Of a stretch of 64,000 bases of DNA, positions 60,448 through 64,000 are shown one piece after another. The notes under the pieces are model-generated. The model worked only from the letters and a program-made list of their open reading frames with translations. It made no database searches and was not told where the DNA came from. This DNA is from Puccinia triticina (taxonomy: Eukaryota): the NCBI GenBank assembly GCA_026914245.1, contig CP110439.1:4588001-4652000 (forward strand), in the 5' to 3' direction. Numbering within the stretch: the stretch's first letter is position 1; the number at the start of each line of letters is the position of its first letter. The position numbers and the translations under genes were made by a program.

Positions 60448-63400
60448 TGAGGGACTCCTGTCCGTACTAGCGGTGGCAGTCGGTTGAGGGGATGTTTGCT
60501 GTTTAGGCTGCCCTCGAGGTGATGGTCCGTGAAGGTGAGCGCGGATGAGATCGGTGATAGCTTTGGGGTTAGGTGGTTTTGAGAGGTTCGCCGGGGTCTG
60601 GATCCTCGGCGGCGGTTGTTTGTTGTTGTTAAAGGGGGGGTAGGAGGTGATCTTAACGAAGAGAAAGAAGGGGGATTCCGAAAACTCTAGATGAAGAAAG
60701 ATCGGCGAGCTGAGCTCGAAGGTTTGAACTCTGAAGATATGATCGATATACTCTTGATGGTCCGTATTCTGGGGATCAGAATGCCATGCCTCTCCCATCA
60801 TCCAAGTTCGGCGAACTTGGACTCCGGGAGAGCCACATGTCACGTATATTTCATCATCTCCTCCGCGCGCTACGCGCGCACACACACACAACAAGCAACA
60901 GAAGCAGGAAAAGGAAACACAACACAAAGAAATGAGGAAATCACAGTGAGATGAGATAGAAGGAAAAGAGGCATGGAGAAGAAGGAAAAGCAGCAAGAAA
61001 GGAAAAGCCAGAAAACACTCAAACCAGACAAACCAAACAGAAAGAAAAGAAGCCAGAAACAAACAAGGAAATAAACCCACAGCAGGTGCTGTGTTAGGAC
61101 CAAGAAAGGTGAAGAGGCTGGGAAACTGAGAAAGAAAGGAAATGGGAAAAAAGTGTTGAAAAGGGGGGAGTAGAAAGAGAGAAGGGGGAGGGGAAGATCT
61201 TGAAGATAGAGCCAGTTGAAAGTAAGAAGGTGATGGAGAGGGATCTTGAGGTTTGACGGTGGATTCTTGAGTCTTGAAGCGTGAGAGGGAAGTTGAGTCT
61301 TGATGATCTTGCTGGCGGCGGAGATGTTCCTGACTAGCTGGCCACGAGAGGGGCCACCACATCCACCCACCACTTGGAGTCTGTCCCCAGACTCCTTCGA
61401 CGTTTGGTGCGGCCAAAAGTAAGAAGAGGAAACTGGAAAGGAAACCAGAACAAAGGTCCCACGGATGGCTCACGAAGTGGCGACGTAATGCTTACAACGG
61501 TGTAGAGATACCCTAAGGTGCATACTAAGGAGGGGGACTTACTTTTGGTCAGTAATGCCCCCGCGCGGAAAGTACCGCTTGACCTGATCCGCCGCAAACC
61601 GGCGCTTGAGTTCTGTTCCATCGAGCTCAGAGAGAACGTACGAACCCCCTTGAACCTGCTTGACCACGCGGTAAGGGCCGTTCCACTTGTGGGCAAAGAG
61701 CTGCCCCCACTGAACCTCGAGTGATCGATTGTATGCGAGGACGAGGTCGCCAGCCGAAAGCGGGGCACGGAACCGACCAGAATTCTTGTCTTCCCAGTAC
61801 CAAACAGACTCTCCGCGCGCCTTCATCATGCGCTCGTAAGCCAACGCCCGAGTCTCTTCGCTTCTTTCCAGCTGCTTGGACCGCGCGACCAACAGATCCT
61901 CCGTGCTGCGAACCTCCTCCCAGTCCACGCCCAAATAAGACTCAATGTCGAGATCAATGGGCAGCGCTGCTCGCTGGCCGAACACTAGCTCATACGGAGA
62001 ATATCCCGTCGTACGCTTAGTTGAGATCCGATCGGCGAAAAGCACCAGAGGCAGAAATTTTCGGCAGTTCTTGCCTGATTCGCCTGCCAACTTGACTAAT
62101 GCCGCTTTAAGAGGGCCGTGTCCTCGCTCGACCATGCCCTGACCTTCGGGGTAGTAAGGCGTGGAGACTCGATGCTGACCTGGCAACGAACGCAGCATAT
62201 CCGCTAGGGCCCCGCCAAATTCTGAGCCACCGTCTGTCGAATAGGAACGAGCTAGCCCATAGCGCATGATCCAGTGTTCTTGAAGGAATGCCGCCACAGC
62301 TTCGGAAGTGAGATTATTCAGAAACTTTGCCTCAACCCATCCGGAGAAATCGTCCCGAGCAACAATCAAATACTTGGCGCCTCCAGCTTTGATGTGCACG
62401 GCATCCATTGCCACGCGGCCAAACACCGTCTCTTCGCCCGTCGGGTACCGTGGCTCCAGGGGGCGCTTCAGATCCCTCTTTTGACACGCCTCGCAGCTCT
62501 GGCACCATCTGGCGACAGCCTGTTTCAATGATGGCCACCAGAAACGATCCGCTACTCGGCGATAAGTCTCGGCGACGCCTCGGTGGCCTAGATCTTCATG
62601 GAGCTTGCCCAAAATCTCGTCCTGCTTGAGGGGTAGAGTGACAACAATTCGTGGAAGAGGGCTTCCGCGCTTCATCAAGCGCCCCGCCTGCACAAAGAAT
62701 TCTGCCGACTTGCGCTTTAGTGCTTGATATGTCTTGGGGTCCATGCCTTCAGGGCGAGTCAAAGTCGTCAGGTAATCTTCTAGCTGCCGCCAGAACCCTT
62801 CCTGGTATCCGTTGTATACTGGTTCGGAGCAGGTCGAGTAGGAATGCAGCGGCCTCACGTGTGGTGAATCTTCGTCGAAGTCAAAGCTCGGCGGATCAGA
62901 GTCCTCATCGCCCTGCGGCCGTCGAGAAAGTCCGTCAGGCATAGTAAAAGACTTGCCGGGGCGATGGACGATATCAAACGAAAAGAGTTGAATGAAAGAG
63001 ACCCAGCGTGTCATTGGCGCGTTGGGTAGACTGGGGGCGTTAATCATTTGGATGAGCGACTGGGCGTCAACTTGCAGCTCAAAGTGCTGGCCCCATAAGA
63101 CCGTCTGAAGTTTCTTGAGAATTCGTGCCACACCGCATAGCTCGAGCTTTGATTGTGAATACCGCGACTCGACATCCGAGAAAAGCAAAGATTCGTAAAG
63201 AGCTGGCCGGTCAAAACCATTCGCGTCCTCTTGCGTAAGAACCGCTCCAGTAGCGTGAAAACTAGAATCAACCGCCAGTTTAATCTTTCCAGCGTCAGGC
63301 CCATAGTCGATCTTCACTAGGACAATGTCCCTGCCCACGCAGACCTTGAGCGCCTCAAACGCCGCCTCGCAATCCGCCGACCAAACAAAGTCCGCGTCTT

Positions 63401-64000
63401 TGCGCGTCAGACGTCGAAGAGGAACACAGATTTGGGAGAGGGAGGGGATGAAAATGCGAACATACACCACCACGCCTAAGAAACCCCGAACCTCGGTAGC
63501 ATTGACTGGAGTCGGCCACGAGAGTATTTTATTGACTTTACTCTTTGCCATCCGCCGTCCCTCCTTGCACACAACATGCCCGACGATCTCAAGAGCGGGG
63601 ACGCACGCCGCTAGTTTTGATGCCGATACAGTCAAACCTGACTCCTCAATTCGAAAGAGAATCCGCTCCAGCGTCTCTGCATATTCCCAAATGAAACGCC
63701 GAATACCAGAGTGCCAAGGAAGGAGCTTGTTGTTGTAATCCGAAACGGGGCCCTTGATGCCCCCATTGTCGATGAAAATGCCTGCGTGGTCCGGAATCTC
63801 CTCCTGCAGGATCCACATCATCTGCGCTTGGTAGACGGCAACTGAATTAGTAGCACCCTGCGGAAGACGCGTGAGCTGGAACCTGCCCAATGGGGTTTCA
63901 AAAGTGGTCAGAGGTCGAGAGATCGGATCTAGCGCACGCTCGTCGTAGCCACCCATGATGTCGCCAAGCCCGTAGCATGCACGCCCTGAAAATGACTCCA
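60448..64000 (-). mobile_element. Gypsy element B (3' part; LTR ~60448-60856), inserted in Copia B RT and running off the window
   Basis: pol ORF, then pyrimidine-rich 3' UTR, purine tract GGAGGAGATGA and a TGA...TCA segment abutting the Copia RT frame. Confidence 0.8.
61539..64000 (-). CDS. pol: Gypsy B pol (RT-RNase H-integrase), 5'-partial
   Basis: 805+ aa ORF collinear with Gypsy A pol (RLPQGATNSVAVYQAQMMWILQ, YSQSKLELCGV, HEDLGHRG, TDGGSEF, WNGPYRV). The RT motif reads FIDN rather than FIDD. Confidence 0.93.
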   Translation of the reverse strand, partial: ESFSGRACYGLGDIMGGYDERALDPISRPLTTFETPLGRFQLTRLPQGATNSVAVYQAQMMWILQEEIPDHAGIFIDNGGIKGPVSDYNNKLLPWHSGIRRFIWEYAETLERILFRIEESGLTVSASKLAACVPALEIVGHVVCKEGRRMAKSKVNKILSWPTPVNATEVRGFLGVVVYVRIFIPSLSQICVPLRRLTRKDADFVWSADCEAAFEALKVCVGRDIVLVKIDYGPDAGKIKLAVDSSFHATGAVLTQEDANGFDRPALYESLLFSDVESRYSQSKLELCGVARILKKLQTVLWGQHFELQVDAQSLIQMINAPSLPNAPMTRWVSFIQLFSFDIVHRPGKSFTMPDGLSRRPQGDEDSDPPSFDFDEDSPHVRPLHSYSTCSEPVYNGYQEGFWRQLEDYLTTLTRPEGMDPKTYQALKRKSAEFFVQAGRLMKRGSPLPRIVVTLPLKQDEILGKLHEDLGHRGVAETYRRVADRFWWPSLKQAVARWCQSCEACQKRDLKRPLEPRYPTGEETVFGRVAMDAVHIKAGGAKYLIVARDDFSGWVEAKFLNNLTSEAVAAFLQEHWIMRYGLARSYSTDGGSEFGGALADMLRSLPGQHRVSTPYYPEGQGMVERGHGPLKAALVKLAGESGKNCRKFLPLVLFADRISTKRTTGYSPYELVFGQRAALPIDLDIESYLGVDWEEVRSTEDLLVARSKQLERSEETRALAYERMMKARGESVWYWEDKNSGRFRAPLSAGDLVLAYNRSLEVQWGQLFAHKWNGPYRVVKQVQGGSYVLSELDGTELKRRFAADQVKRYFPRGGITDQK

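Noticed and set aside
60229..61473. 414-aa hydrophobic ORF after Gypsy B pol (env-like?)
   Set aside because: It runs through a pyrimidine-rich UTR, the putative LTR and out of frame into Copia RT; the Phe/Leu richness reflects T-rich sequence.

Overview
Eukaryotic, intron-containing, transposon-saturated DNA. It is most consistent with a rust fungus (Pucciniales; an inference from intron style, TE families and protein types). Two convincing host genes are present: an intronless candidate secreted nuclear effector with a DLNxxP EAR motif (3547-5025) and a 7-exon divergent transketolase-family gene (25480-27852). The rest is mostly nested mobile DNA: four Helitron-like elements with matched A|TC and hairpin-CTAG|T ends (one carries a captured sterol-glucosyltransferase fragment), foldback/hAT/mariner/Tourist MITEs, a complete Copia element with a half-tRNA-iMet PBS (29206-35298), and a >19 kb Gypsy element (39677-59151+) holding about ten nested insertions. 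The two most notable items are (i) a 637-bp non-coding LTR element (TRIM) whose LTRs each contain a tRNA-like cloverleaf with Pol III A/B boxes and whose PBS and PPT match Copia elements in the same window, and (ii) a spliced antisense accessory gene in a CpG-rich island inside the otherwise CpG-depleted Gypsy element. All coordinates and comparisons were made by eye; no searches were run.
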